NCBI GenBank assembly: GCA_017616655.1
Contig: JAFZXU010000058.1
Coordinates: forward strand, 9,088 to 73,087
Length of the DNA: 64,000 nucleotides
Reading direction: 5' to 3'
Source of the DNA: Bacteroidales bacterium
Lineage (GTDB): Bacteria > Bacteroidota > Bacteroidia > Bacteroidales > UBA932
Position 1 is the stretch's first letter. Every line of letters starts with the position of its first letter. A program made the translations under genes and the position numbers. The notes beneath the pieces are model-generated. The model did no database searches and was not told where the DNA came from. It worked only from the letters and a program-made list of their open reading frames with translations. Shown in pieces: positions 8,781-18,314 of this stretch.

Positions 8781-9095
8781 TCAGTTGCCCTCCAGATACC
8801 TTATTTCCTTTCCGTGACGCGAGGCATACTCGATTTCGGAGCGGGTGCTCTCGCCGATATAGCCGCCCACATTTATCACATAGATTGCGTCGGCCATATC
8901 TATCTTGCGCTTGTGCATGTCATCCAGCATCGCCTTTGTGCCCTCGGTCCAGACCTCGTCGTCGCCGCTGTGGCCGAACAGGCCCACGCTTATCACGATA
9001 TTGCCCTCCAGGGTCAGGCGCTTCTGCGCCTCGAAGAAAGCCTCCTTGAAGCGCGTGCTGCCGCAGAGTGTTATTACAGGGTATTTTCCTACCAT
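8781..9095 (-). CDS. small Rossmann-like protein, possibly of the nucleoside 2-deoxyribosyltransferase-like superfamily
   Basis: MVGKYPVITLCGSTRF...DMADAIYVINVGGYIGESTRSEIEYA pattern. The track start 9101 is TTG, so I use the ATG at 9095. It ends 1 nt before the DUF4298 gene start. Confidence 0.45.
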   Translation of the reverse strand: MVGKYPVITLCGSTRFKEAFFEAQKRLTLEGNIVISVGLFGHSGDDEVWTEGTKAMLDDMHKRKIDMADAIYVINVGGYIGESTRSEIEYASRHGKEIRYLEGN

Positions 9096-9168
9096 ATACA
9101 ATCTGTTTTAATCATTGTAAAGTTACACAAAAACTAGTAAATTTGTGTTTTGTGAAAAAGGATCCGTT

Positions 9169-9606
9169 ATGCTTGAAGAGGTAAAAGGCAAGACAATAAT
9201 CATCAACAAGCCCTCTTACGCCATCTACACGGCGCTTTCGGACTTGAACAACATAGCGGCGGCTCTGCCTGAGCAGTACCGCGACAAGGTCACCATAGAC
9301 AATGACACAATTATCGGCCAAGTGCAGGGATTTTCCATCGGAGTCAAGGTCAACAACCGCACCCCCTTCTCACGCATAGATTTCGAGCAGGCGGGGCAGA
9401 TGCCATTCCCCTTCCTCCTCTCCTTCTTCACGGAGCCTTCCGACGACAACACAACCTATTTCCACATAGAGCTCAGGGCCGAACTCAACACATTGATGAA
9501 GATGATGTTCGGCAAGCGGCTGCAGGAGATAGTGGACAAACTGACGGACGGCATTTCGGCTGCGGCTGCAGGCCAGATGCCCGAAGGATGGGAGCAGTTC
9601 AAATGA
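9169..9606 (+). CDS. hypothetical protein, SRPBCC/START-like by composition
   Basis: The track start 9145 is GTG and overlaps a TAAATTTG -7 box (9138..9145), so the ATG at 9169 (MLEEVKGK...) is preferred. Beta-rich core with a C-terminal helix. Family assignment is weak. Confidence 0.4.
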   Translation: MLEEVKGKTIIINKPSYAIYTALSDLNNIAAALPEQYRDKVTIDNDTIIGQVQGFSIGVKVNNRTPFSRIDFEQAGQMPFPFLLSFFTEPSDDNTTYFHIELRAELNTLMKMMFGKRLQEIVDKLTDGISAAAAGQMPEGWEQFK

Positions 9607-10922
9607 TTCCGGAGGGATTCAGGGAGTTTATAGCCAAATCGCTGGGTGAAGAGGAGGCCGGAAGGCTGATCGAGGCCCTCGGCGGTGAGCCCCCTGTATC
9701 CGTGCGCGTCAATCCCTCAAAAATAGCCGCAGATGCGCTCAGGGAACACTTCGGAAAGCTTGCCGCAGAGCCGGTGGAGTGGTCTCCGGAGGCTTTTTAC
9801 CTCAACGAACGCCCCTCTTTTACGCTCGATCCCCTGTTCCACGCCGGAGGCTACTATGTCCAGGAAGCCTCCTCGATGTATGTGGGCAAGATCCTGCGCG
9901 GAATAATCTGCGAAACCAGTGGGCCGTTCCGCCTCCTGGACCTCTGTGCAGCCCCCGGCGGCAAATCCACCGATGCGGCGTCAGCGCTCCGCGACGGAGA
10001 CCTTCTGGTGGCGAACGAAGTGATTGGCAGCCGAGCATCCGTCCTGGCCGCGAATATGGCCCGCTGGGGCTTCCCGGGCACAATAGTGACCAACAGCGAC
10101 CCTGTCGAATTCGGAAAACTCAAAGGCTTTTTCGATATACTGATCGTGGACGCGCCATGCTCCGGCGAGGGTATGTTCCGGAAGGATTCCGAGGCGGCTC
10201 AGGAGTGGTCGGAGGACAACGTTGCCCTCTGCGCTGCACGGCAGAAACGCATACTTGCAGACGCGTGGCCCTGCTTGAGAGCAGGAGGCCATATTATCTA
10301 CTCCACCTGCACCTTCAACCGCTTCGAAGATGAGGAGAATGCCGGATGGATCGCCTCCGGACTCGGCGGCGAACTGCTGGAACAGAGGCACTTCCTGCCC
10401 GGACGCGACAAGGGAGAAGGATTCTACTGTGCCCTGCTCCGCAAAGAGGGGGATGAACCTCACACAGCCATTCCCAGGGCCGCCGTCAAGCCCCTCTCCT
10501 CCCCGGCTGCGGAATTTGTCGCCGGGGGTTGCCTCCTGATGCAGAAAGGCGACATCATAAAGGCCCTTCCGGAAGCTCTTGCAGGAGCCGCGGCATACCT
10601 GGAATCAAGGCTGCACGTAATCCGCTCCGGGGTTGCCGTGGCACAGGTCAAGGGACGAGACCTGATTCCGGAAGCCGACCTGGCCCTCAGCACCCTGCTG
10701 CGGCGCGGAGCCTTTCCCGAGGCCGCGCTCGACCGCGATACGGCGCTCAGGTTCCTGGCCAGGGAGCCTTTCGCACTGCCAGGGATGCCGAAAGGATTTA
10801 TTCTCGTGACTTATAAAGGATTGCCTCTTGGCTTCGTCAAGAACCTCGGCAACCGCTGCAACAACCTCCTTCCCGCTTCGAGGCGCATAAGAATGGATAT
10901 AAAAAACGCAGACAAGCTATGA
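9603..10922 (+). CDS. NOL1/NOP2/Sun-family RNA cytosine-C5 methyltransferase (RsmB/RsmF-like)
   Basis: SAM motif LDLCAAPGGKST, catalytic DAPCSGEGMFRK and YSTCTF. The ATG at 9603 overlaps the upstream stop (ATGA). Confidence 0.88.
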   Translation: MIPEGFREFIAKSLGEEEAGRLIEALGGEPPVSVRVNPSKIAADALREHFGKLAAEPVEWSPEAFYLNERPSFTLDPLFHAGGYYVQEASSMYVGKILRGIICETSGPFRLLDLCAAPGGKSTDAASALRDGDLLVANEVIGSRASVLAANMARWGFPGTIVTNSDPVEFGKLKGFFDILIVDAPCSGEGMFRKDSEAAQEWSEDNVALCAARQKRILADAWPCLRAGGHIIYSTCTFNRFEDEENAGWIASGLGGELLEQRHFLPGRDKGEGFYCALLRKEGDEPHTAIPRAAVKPLSSPAAEFVAGGCLLMQKGDIIKALPEALAGAAAYLESRLHVIRSGVAVAQVKGRDLIPEADLALSTLLRRGAFPEAALDRDTALRFLAREPFALPGMPKGFILVTYKGLPLGFVKNLGNRCNNLLPASRRIRMDIKNADKL

Positions 10923-11422
10923 AAACATACAGGATCTACACCTCCAAGGGAATTCTCGAGACCGATTCCGAGTCGAATTTCCGGCTGATTTGCTCAATGT
11001 TCATGCAGGTCAATGCGGGCGGCGGACTGGTCCGCAACCGAGACGGGAAGTATCTGATGATATTCCGCAAGGGTTTCTGGGACCTTCCCAAGGGAAAACA
11101 GGAGGAGGGCGAAACTATAGAGGAGTGCGCCCTGCGCGAAGTCGGCGAGGAGACCGGACTGAAGGGCCTCAAACTAGGCGGGCTGATCTGCGAAACCCAC
11201 CATACCTTCAACATCTACGGCCCTCCGACCATAAAGCACACCAGCTGGTTCGAGATGGAGTATGAGGGCGACGGTATGCCCGAGCCCGAGGCTGACGAAG
11301 GCATCACGGAGGTGGCCTGGCTAACAAAAGAAGAAGCCCTCGACCGTGCGGCCGGGAGCTTCGCATCTATCAGGGAAGTTATCCTAACGCATATCGGTCA
11401 CGACGACATCGTCGCCGAGTGA
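10919..11422 (+). CDS. NUDIX hydrolase
   Basis: Nudix box GKQEEGETIEECALREVGEETGL. ATGA overlap with the methyltransferase gene. Confidence 0.88.
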   Translation: MKTYRIYTSKGILETDSESNFRLICSMFMQVNAGGGLVRNRDGKYLMIFRKGFWDLPKGKQEEGETIEECALREVGEETGLKGLKLGGLICETHHTFNIYGPPTIKHTSWFEMEYEGDGMPEPEADEGITEVAWLTKEEALDRAAGSFASIREVILTHIGHDDIVAE

Positions 11423-11875
11423 CTTGACATCGAAGACGAAATGGTCTGACGGCCACTCGTCGCAGGGAGTCACCTTCTCGAGGGTGAAGGTCATCGAAGT
11501 ACCGTTCTTGTTCTTGAATTTCAGAATCGGCTTGCCTGAATCGCTCAGGTTGAGCGACGCGTCGGAAATCATCGACTCGAGCATCGAACCGGTAATCACG
11601 ACCTCCTGGGTAGCAGGATTGCAGATCCATGTGGCGTTTCCGTCACTTATAATCTCCTGTCCCCCGCTCTCGATCTTGAAGCAGGGATACTGAACCTGTA
11701 TCACCCCCTTCTGCGAGGTTATGGTACTTCCGTCAAGTCCGGTACCGGACATCGTGAAATTCACGGTGGAGGAGCCCATCGACTTGAGATAGGCTTTGAT
11801 CACTTCGGGATCCTGCGCCGCCGCGGAGCAGAAGACCGCCGCCAGAAGGCTGATTGAAAGTATAATCCGTTTCAT
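11384..11875 (-). CDS. lolA: LolA-like outer-membrane lipoprotein carrier protein
   Basis: Signal peptide MKRIILSISLLAAVFCSAAAQ, beta-rich LolA-like body (...IISDGNATWICNPATQEVVI...). Sits immediately downstream of ftsK, the classical ftsK-lolA synteny. Start moved to the ATG at 11875. Confidence 0.6.
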   Translation of the reverse strand: MKRIILSISLLAAVFCSAAAQDPEVIKAYLKSMGSSTVNFTMSGTGLDGSTITSQKGVIQVQYPCFKIESGGQEIISDGNATWICNPATQEVVITGSMLESMISDASLNLSDSGKPILKFKNKNGTSMTFTLEKVTPCDEWPSDHFVFDVKSLGDDVVVTDMR

Positions 11876-11915
11876 GCCTAAATGAAAAGCAAATCCCGTG
11901 CCCTTTATTCGACGG

Positions 11916-14369
11916 CTAGACAATTGTCTGGTGATCAAGGGATTCCAGCTTGCGGTCGAGGGTGTCGAAATCGGTGATCAGCACCGCGCGCGCCTTGCTG
12001 CCCTCGAACGGGCCCACGATTCCGGCGGCCTCGAGCTGGTCGATGATTCGGCCCGCACGGTTGTAACCCAGATTGAGTTTGCGCTGCAGCAGCGAGGTAG
12101 AACCCTGCTGATACTGCACCACGATCTTGGCCGCTTCGTCGAAAAGCTTGTCCCTCTTGAGGAGATCCACATCGCCTGCGCCGTCTCCTTCATCGTTTTC
12201 ATCCACATACTCGGGAAGCAGGAACGGGCCGCTGTAGCCGCGCTGGTCGCTTATGAACTTGTTGATCCTAATGATTTCGGGAGTATCCACAAGGGCGCAC
12301 TGAACACGGACGAGGTCTTCTCCGGGAGCCATCACCAGCATGTCGCCTCGGCCTATCAGGCGGTTTGCCCCGGGGGCGTCGATAATGGTGCGTGAATCAA
12401 TCATCGTATTGACCCTGAAGGCGATACGGGCGTTGAAGTTGGCCTTGATAGTACCGGTTATGATATCGGTGGTAGGACGCTGGGTAGCAATAACCAGATG
12501 GATACCGACCGCGCGGGCCTTCTGTGCAAGGCGGGCTATAGGCTCCTCTATCTCGCGTCCCGCCGTCACCAGCAGGTCGGCGAACTCGTCGATGACCACC
12601 ACGATATAGGGCATGAACTTGTGTCCCTTGAGCGGATTGAGTTTGCGGCTGAGGAACTTCTCGTTGTAATCCTTTATCTGACGCACGTCGGCCTCCTTGA
12701 GAAGCTCGTAGCGGTCGTCCATCTCGATGCAGAGCGATTTGAGGGTATAGATCACCTTCTTGGTCTCGGTGATGATGGCTTCGTCCCCGTCGGGAAGCTT
12801 GGCCAGGAAGTGATGGTCGATCTTGTTGTAGAGCGAGAGCTCCACCTTCTTGGGGTCCACCAGCACCAGCTTGAGTTCAGCCGGGTGCTTGGTGAAGAGC
12901 ATCGATGTCAGGATACAGTTGAGTCCCACCGACTTACCCATACCGGTAGCACCGGCCACGAGGAGGTGAGGCATCTTGGCCAGGTCGATGAAATAGGGTT
13001 CGCTGGTGACCGTGATTCCGAGCGCCAGCGGAATGCTCATCTTCTTCTCCGCCTCTTTGAACTGGGGGGAGTTGAGCACAGCCTTGAGCGCCACGGTGCT
13101 GGCTTTCTCGTTAGGGACCTCGATGCCCACGGAGTCGAGCAGGGTGACGACACGCACCCCCTTGGCTCCCAGGGAGATGGCGATATCCTCCTCCAGCCTG
13201 CGGACCTGCGCAATCTTGACGCCCTCGGCAAGACGGATCTTGTAAAGAGTGACCGTAGGGCCCACCTTCGCGGTGATGCCGGTGACGCCTATCTTGTAGT
13301 TGGCCAACGCGTTGACGATGCGCTGCTTGTTCATCTCCAGCTCGTCGCGGGAGACCTCGTACCACCTGTCGCGATAATCCTCCAGCAGGGAGGTCGAAGG
13401 GAGTTCGTATTTGGGCAGGTCGAGCCTGGGATCATAGATGCGCGCCCTTTCATCCTCGCTAAGATTACTCAGGAAGTCGTTTTCGCTCTCATCCACAATG
13501 AGTTCCACCTTCTCTGCCGGAATGATTCCATTGCTGCCCTCGTCGGGTTCTTCCGGAACCACTATAACCTGAGGCCCGGGTTCCGGTTCTACGGCTTCTA
13601 CAGGTTCCACCTTCTCTTCGGAGACATCCCCCGTAAGGCCGGAGATCTCCTCCAAGCCGTCTGCGCCGGCAAACTCATTGACGGTATCATCTTCAAAATC
13701 GTCCCCGTCGGAGGGTGATCCGTCTTCAACCGGCTCACGCTCAGGACGATGCGAAGTCAAATAGATGACATCGTCGAACCAGAAAGCCACCTTCCGGCTC
13801 AGCAGCACGCTCCAGAGCAGGAGCGCCACCAGGATGACGGCACCGGTACCGAGAGGACCGAGCATGTTGCACATCCAGTCGGAGATATAATGGCCGTAGG
13901 AGCCTCCGGGGCCGTTTCCGAGGAAGTCCTGCATATCGAGGAGGCGGAATACGAAGGCAAAGAAGACTGAAAAAAGTATCGCTCCGAATAAGCAGAGTAT
14001 GAATACCCTGAGCAGATTGAGCCTGCGGATGCGCAGGAAGAAGGCCGAAACCGCCCCGAGGAAAATCGGCACCGCAAAGGCACCGAAGCCGAAAAGCCTG
14101 GAAAAGAGCAGGTTGGACCAGAGGAATCCGAGTTTGCCGCCGATGTTCTTCACCCCCTGGGAGGCATCCAGCATCTGGGGATTGGAGACCAGGCTCGCAT
14201 CCTTGCTCCAGGTGAAGATATAGGATATCAGCACCGCGAGGGTATAGAGCGCCAGAATGGCGAAAACGATGCCCGTGACCACCCGGAACACCCGGATGTT
14301 CTGCAAAAGCGCCTCGTTGTTTTTGCGTGTTCCGCGCCCTTTCTTCTTCGGTTTAGCCTTGGTTGCCAT
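11916..14369 (-). CDS. ftsK: DNA translocase FtsK/SpoIIIE
   Basis: N-terminal TM helices, acidic linker, Walker A AGATGMGKSV, Walker B VVVIDEFADL, C-terminal gamma winged helix (GSTSLLQRKLNLGYNRAGRIIDQLEAAGIVG). Confidence 0.95.
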   Translation of the reverse strand: MATKAKPKKKGRGTRKNNEALLQNIRVFRVVTGIVFAILALYTLAVLISYIFTWSKDASLVSNPQMLDASQGVKNIGGKLGFLWSNLLFSRLFGFGAFAVPIFLGAVSAFFLRIRRLNLLRVFILCLFGAILFSVFFAFVFRLLDMQDFLGNGPGGSYGHYISDWMCNMLGPLGTGAVILVALLLWSVLLSRKVAFWFDDVIYLTSHRPEREPVEDGSPSDGDDFEDDTVNEFAGADGLEEISGLTGDVSEEKVEPVEAVEPEPGPQVIVVPEEPDEGSNGIIPAEKVELIVDESENDFLSNLSEDERARIYDPRLDLPKYELPSTSLLEDYRDRWYEVSRDELEMNKQRIVNALANYKIGVTGITAKVGPTVTLYKIRLAEGVKIAQVRRLEEDIAISLGAKGVRVVTLLDSVGIEVPNEKASTVALKAVLNSPQFKEAEKKMSIPLALGITVTSEPYFIDLAKMPHLLVAGATGMGKSVGLNCILTSMLFTKHPAELKLVLVDPKKVELSLYNKIDHHFLAKLPDGDEAIITETKKVIYTLKSLCIEMDDRYELLKEADVRQIKDYNEKFLSRKLNPLKGHKFMPYIVVVIDEFADLLVTAGREIEEPIARLAQKARAVGIHLVIATQRPTTDIITGTIKANFNARIAFRVNTMIDSRTIIDAPGANRLIGRGDMLVMAPGEDLVRVQCALVDTPEIIRINKFISDQRGYSGPFLLPEYVDENDEGDGAGDVDLLKRDKLFDEAAKIVVQYQQGSTSLLQRKLNLGYNRAGRIIDQLEAAGIVGPFEGSKARAVLITDFDTLDRKLESLDHQTIV

Positions 14370-15018
14370 TTCCGTTGGAGTTTCTCTTCTTTTTGCGGTT
14401 CTTGTTCTTCTTGCCGAATCCGTTGCCGTTCTGGCGGTTCTGGGCCTGGACTCCGGGCCTGGAGAAGTATGCGTCGCTTGCGATTGCCTTAAGCTGCATT
14501 CCCTCGGGCACCTTGAGTTTGCCGCCGGAGAGACGTTCCATATCGGCGAAGATGGTCTCGTCGGCCACGGAATCCTTGTTCCAGATAAGATATTGCTGCC
14601 TCATATAGAGGGCCAGCATCCTGATCATTTCGGTCTTCGCATCGTCATCCTCGCGGGAGGCGATGAGATCGATCATATTCTCTATGTTGCGTCCGTAGCA
14701 GGCTGCCTTGACAGGCTGCTTCTGGATGGGAATCGGATCGGGTTTGGAGGTCAGGTCGGCCGGTTCGGGTACCGGATAAGGGGCATCGACGTCGATGTCG
14801 AAACCCGCTATCATCTGCATGTGGTCCCACAGCTTCTGCTTGTAATCGGCCGTCTCCCGCATCTGGGGATTGAGGATTCCCATAACCTGGATCACGGCGC
14901 GGATCTGCTCGTTGCGCTTCTCGCGGTCGGGAATCGCCTTGACCTGCTCTATCATCTTCTGCACGTGCCTGCCGTATTCGGGCAGCACCAGTTTCTCTCT
15001 TTGGGTATTGTAATCCAT
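14353..15018 (-). CDS. DUF4290 domain protein with basic N/G/K-rich tail
   Basis: MDYNTQREKLVLPEYGRHVQKMIEQV... is the DUF4290 signature as I remember it. The track start 15027 is TTG, so the ATG at 15018 is used. The 3' end overlaps the ftsK start by 17 nt. Confidence 0.7.
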   Translation of the reverse strand: MDYNTQREKLVLPEYGRHVQKMIEQVKAIPDREKRNEQIRAVIQVMGILNPQMRETADYKQKLWDHMQMIAGFDIDVDAPYPVPEPADLTSKPDPIPIQKQPVKAACYGRNIENMIDLIASREDDDAKTEMIRMLALYMRQQYLIWNKDSVADETIFADMERLSGGKLKVPEGMQLKAIASDAYFSRPGVQAQNRQNGNGFGKKNKNRKKKRNSNGNGNQG

Positions 15019-15051
15019 TTCAGTCAAATTTCAACAAAGATACAAAAAAAG

Positions 15052-15930
15052 TTACAGCCTCCGCAGGCAATCCTGCAGCGAAACCGACCACCAGGGAGTA
15101 TCGACTCCGAAGGTGTCGCGGATTTTCGACTTGTCGAGGAGGGAATAAGCGGGGCGTTTGGCCGGGGTAGGGTATTCCGAAGTGGAGACAGGCTTCACCT
15201 TGCAGCCCAGGCCGGCGAAGACCATCGTCGCAGCGGCGAAATCGAACCAACTGCAGGCCCCCTCGTCGGTATAGTGGAATAACTCGCCCTTGAATCCGCC
15301 GGCCTTTGGAAGCGCCTTCAGAATGGCCTTCGCAAGATCTTTGGCATAAGTCGGCGTGCCGATCTGGTCAGCCACCACCCGGACCTCGGGACGCTCCGCA
15401 CCCAGGCGCAGCATGGTCTTCACGAAATTCTTGCCGAAGGGGGAATAGAGCCATGCGGTGCGGATAATGATACCGCGCACTTTGCTGCGGCGGATCAGGA
15501 GTTCCGCCTCGCGCTTGGTCCTGCCGTAAACCGACTCCGGATGGCAGGGAGAATCCTCGCGGTAGGCCCCTCTGCGCCGTTTTCCGTCGAAGACATAATC
15601 GGTGGAGATATGGATAAGAACGGCATTGCTGTGCTTTGCGGCTGATGCGAGATTGCGGACTCCACCGACATTGACCGCGCGGCATCGCTCCACGTCGGAT
15701 TCGGCGCCGTCCACATTGGTATAGGCGGCGCAGTTAATCACAGCCGAAACGGAATGGGCTGCGAAGAAGCGGTCGACCGCTGCGGGATCGCATATATCGA
15801 GCACTTCCGCCCCTTCGACGGGCACGGCATCCGTGAAGAGGAAACCCTTCCTCCTTTTCGTGAGATGCCTCAACTCGGTTCCGAGCTGGCCGCCGGCACC
15901 CGTGACAAGGATAATTCCGCCGTTCCGCAT
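15052..15930 (-). CDS. rfbD: dTDP-4-dehydrorhamnose reductase
   Basis: Rossmann ILVTGAGGQLG, STDYVFDG, typical RmlD length. Start moved to the ATG at 15930. Confidence 0.9.
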   Translation of the reverse strand: MRNGGIILVTGAGGQLGTELRHLTKRRKGFLFTDAVPVEGAEVLDICDPAAVDRFFAAHSVSAVINCAAYTNVDGAESDVERCRAVNVGGVRNLASAAKHSNAVLIHISTDYVFDGKRRRGAYREDSPCHPESVYGRTKREAELLIRRSKVRGIIIRTAWLYSPFGKNFVKTMLRLGAERPEVRVVADQIGTPTYAKDLAKAILKALPKAGGFKGELFHYTDEGACSWFDFAAATMVFAGLGCKVKPVSTSEYPTPAKRPAYSLLDKSKIRDTFGVDTPWWSVSLQDCLRRL

Positions 15931-15931
15931 A

Positions 15932-16486
15932 TTACTCTTCCATGTTTCGAAGCTCGCTGAAAGCGGGAGCCTTGGCATCCTTCGCGGAGAGGATCACCTC
16001 CGAAGGGTCCACGCCCCAGTCGATGCCGACTTCGGGGTCGTCCCAGCGGAAAGAACCCTCGCTCTGCGGAGCATAGTAATTGTCGCACTTGTACTGGAAT
16101 ACGGTATTCTCCTCCAGCACCAGGAATCCGTGAGCGAAACCCCTGGGGATGAAGAACATACGCTTATTCTCCACACTCAGTTCCACCATCTCCCATCTGC
16201 CGCAGGTGGGAGAATCCGGACGGATGTCCACAGCCACGTCAAGCACCCTGCCGCGCACCACGCGCACCAGTTTCGCCTGGGCGTCGTCTCCCTTCTGGAA
16301 ATGCATTCCGCGGAGCACACCCTTGCGGACGGAGCAGGATTCGTTGTCCTGCACGAAGTGCACAGGCCCCACCGCAGCTTCGAAATCGCGCTGCGAGAAA
16401 GATTCGAAGAAATAACCCCTTTCATCCTCAAAGACCCTCGGTTCTATGATCACGGGGCCCTCGGTTTCGGTCTTTATATAGTTCAT
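15932..16486 (-). CDS. rfbC: dTDP-4-dehydrorhamnose 3,5-epimerase
   Basis: EPRVFEDERGYFFESF, RGMHFQ, KLVRVVRGRVLDVAVDIR, FIPRGFAHGF. The real start is the ATG at 16486 (MNYIKTE...), giving 184 aa. Confidence 0.93.
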   Translation of the reverse strand: MNYIKTETEGPVIIEPRVFEDERGYFFESFSQRDFEAAVGPVHFVQDNESCSVRKGVLRGMHFQKGDDAQAKLVRVVRGRVLDVAVDIRPDSPTCGRWEMVELSVENKRMFFIPRGFAHGFLVLEENTVFQYKCDNYYAPQSEGSFRWDDPEVGIDWGVDPSEVILSAKDAKAPAFSELRNMEE

Positions 16487-17415
16487 TTCTGAAGATTTGT
16501 TATCACGTTGATCGCCGCGGGTATGACCTCGGCGGTGACGGGGCTGCCGCCTATGAGTTCTCCGTCCACCTCCATGAAGGAGATCGGGGAGGAATAAATC
16601 TGGACTTTGCGGCATCGGGTTGCAGAAGCCGCCTTGAGTTCCTTGATGGAACCGTCGTAGAGGTGCTTGATGCTGGTGACGAACTGGACCTTGGGAATCT
16701 TGCTGATGACGGTAAGGTCGATCAGGCCGTCGGAGGGGTCGGCATCCGGGGTCTGGCGCATTCCGCCGCCGCAATACTTTCCGTTGCCGAGGGCTACGGA
16801 AAGGGCATATCCCTCAAAGAATAGAGCGTCATCGGTATAGACCTTGAACATCGGGCACTTGTACTTCACGAAACCCTTGGTGAGGCACTTGAGATACTGC
16901 AGGTCGCCATTCTTGCCCTTGAGTTTCTCCTGTTCGAAGAGCCAGCAGACGTGGGCGTCGATTCCGAGCCCTCCGATATTCATCATATAGCGGCGGCTTG
17001 GTTTTCCGTCCAGTACGGCATCCACCCTCACCACATCCTGAAGGATGCTCTTTCCGTCGAGCAGCAGATTCACCGCTTCTACGCTCGTCTTGGGGATGTC
17101 GTAGAGCCGTGCCCAGTCATTCCCGGAGCCGACCGGTACGATTGCCAGGGTAATGTCCGAAGACGGCACCTCCTCCTGCGACATCACGCCGTTGAGAATC
17201 TCGTGGATTGCGCCGTCGCCGCCTACTGCCAGAATCTTTCGAAAACCGCCCCTGATGGCCTCCACGGCCAGTTCCGAGGCATGTCCTACATATTCGGTGA
17301 AGGATTCTGAGAATTGGAGACCGGCATCCACAAGGGCCGCCTTGACTTCGGGCCACTGGGTATAGGCCTTGCCGTTTCCGGACTTTTTACTTACGATAAC
17401 TTTCCAAGTGTCCAT
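16483..17415 (-). CDS. diacylglycerol-kinase-family lipid kinase (YegS-like)
   Basis: DAGK catalytic-domain motifs AVGGDGAIHEILNG and GSGNDWAR. ATGA overlap with rfbC. Confidence 0.85.
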   Translation of the reverse strand: MDTWKVIVSKKSGNGKAYTQWPEVKAALVDAGLQFSESFTEYVGHASELAVEAIRGGFRKILAVGGDGAIHEILNGVMSQEEVPSSDITLAIVPVGSGNDWARLYDIPKTSVEAVNLLLDGKSILQDVVRVDAVLDGKPSRRYMMNIGGLGIDAHVCWLFEQEKLKGKNGDLQYLKCLTKGFVKYKCPMFKVYTDDALFFEGYALSVALGNGKYCGGGMRQTPDADPSDGLIDLTVISKIPKVQFVTSIKHLYDGSIKELKAASATRCRKVQIYSSPISFMEVDGELIGGSPVTAEVIPAAINVITNLQK

Positions 17416-17546
17416 TTGCTACTTTGAAATATCGTACAAAAATAAACAAATAGTTCGACAGAAAAGGCAACTAACCGAAATTATTGCTACTTTTGTAGGT
17501 TATTATATTAGCCTTATTGTGGGCAGAAAGAATGTGAGAGAAATAA

Positions 17547-18314
17547 ATGGGAAAGACAATAGCGATAGCGAACCAGAAAGGCGGAGTTGGAAAGACGACG
17601 ACAGCCATCAATCTGGCCTCCTCCCTGGCGGTACTTGAGAAGAAAACTCTGGTGATCGATGCAGACCCGCAGGCCAACACCACCTCCGGTTTGAACTTCA
17701 ACCCCGACGAAAAAGACAGGAACAACCTGTATCAGATACTTATCGGCGAACGCAACATCAAGGAGGTAATCCGCAAGACAGAGCTGGAATACCTCGATGT
17801 CATAACTTCGCACATCGACCTTGTGGGAGCGGAGATTGAGATAATCAACCTCCCCGAACGCGAATCCATACTTCGCAACGCCCTTTCGTCAGTCAAGAAG
17901 AATTACGATTACATTATTCTGGACTGCGCCCCCTCCCTCGGGCTCATCACGGTCAACGCCCTCACCGCCGCCGACTCCGTGATAATTCCCGTCCAGCCCG
18001 AGTTCTTCGCCCTCGAAGGGCTTGGCAAGCTGTTGAATACCATCAAGATAGTCCAGAACAAACTGAACCGCGGACTCAGCGTGGAAGGATTCCTGTTCAC
18101 CATGTTCGACGGACGCCTCCGCCTGCACAACCAGGTGGTCGAGGAGGTCAAGAAGCACTTCCCCGGAATGGTCTTCGATACCGTCATAGCCAGAAACATC
18201 AAGCTCAGCGAAGCTCCCTCTTTCGGGAAACCCGCCATCCTCTACGACGCAGGTTCGACCGGCGCAGGCAACTACCTCGCTCTCGCCAAGGAAATAATTA
18301 AAAAGAATTCATAA
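17547..18314 (+). CDS. parA: chromosome partitioning ATPase ParA/Soj
   Basis: Deviant Walker A KGGVGKTTTAINLA. TACTTTTG -7 box at 17488..17495. Confidence 0.95.
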   Translation: MGKTIAIANQKGGVGKTTTAINLASSLAVLEKKTLVIDADPQANTTSGLNFNPDEKDRNNLYQILIGERNIKEVIRKTELEYLDVITSHIDLVGAEIEIINLPERESILRNALSSVKKNYDYIILDCAPSLGLITVNALTAADSVIIPVQPEFFALEGLGKLLNTIKIVQNKLNRGLSVEGFLFTMFDGRLRLHNQVVEEVKKHFPGMVFDTVIARNIKLSEAPSFGKPAILYDAGSTGAGNYLALAKEIIKKNS

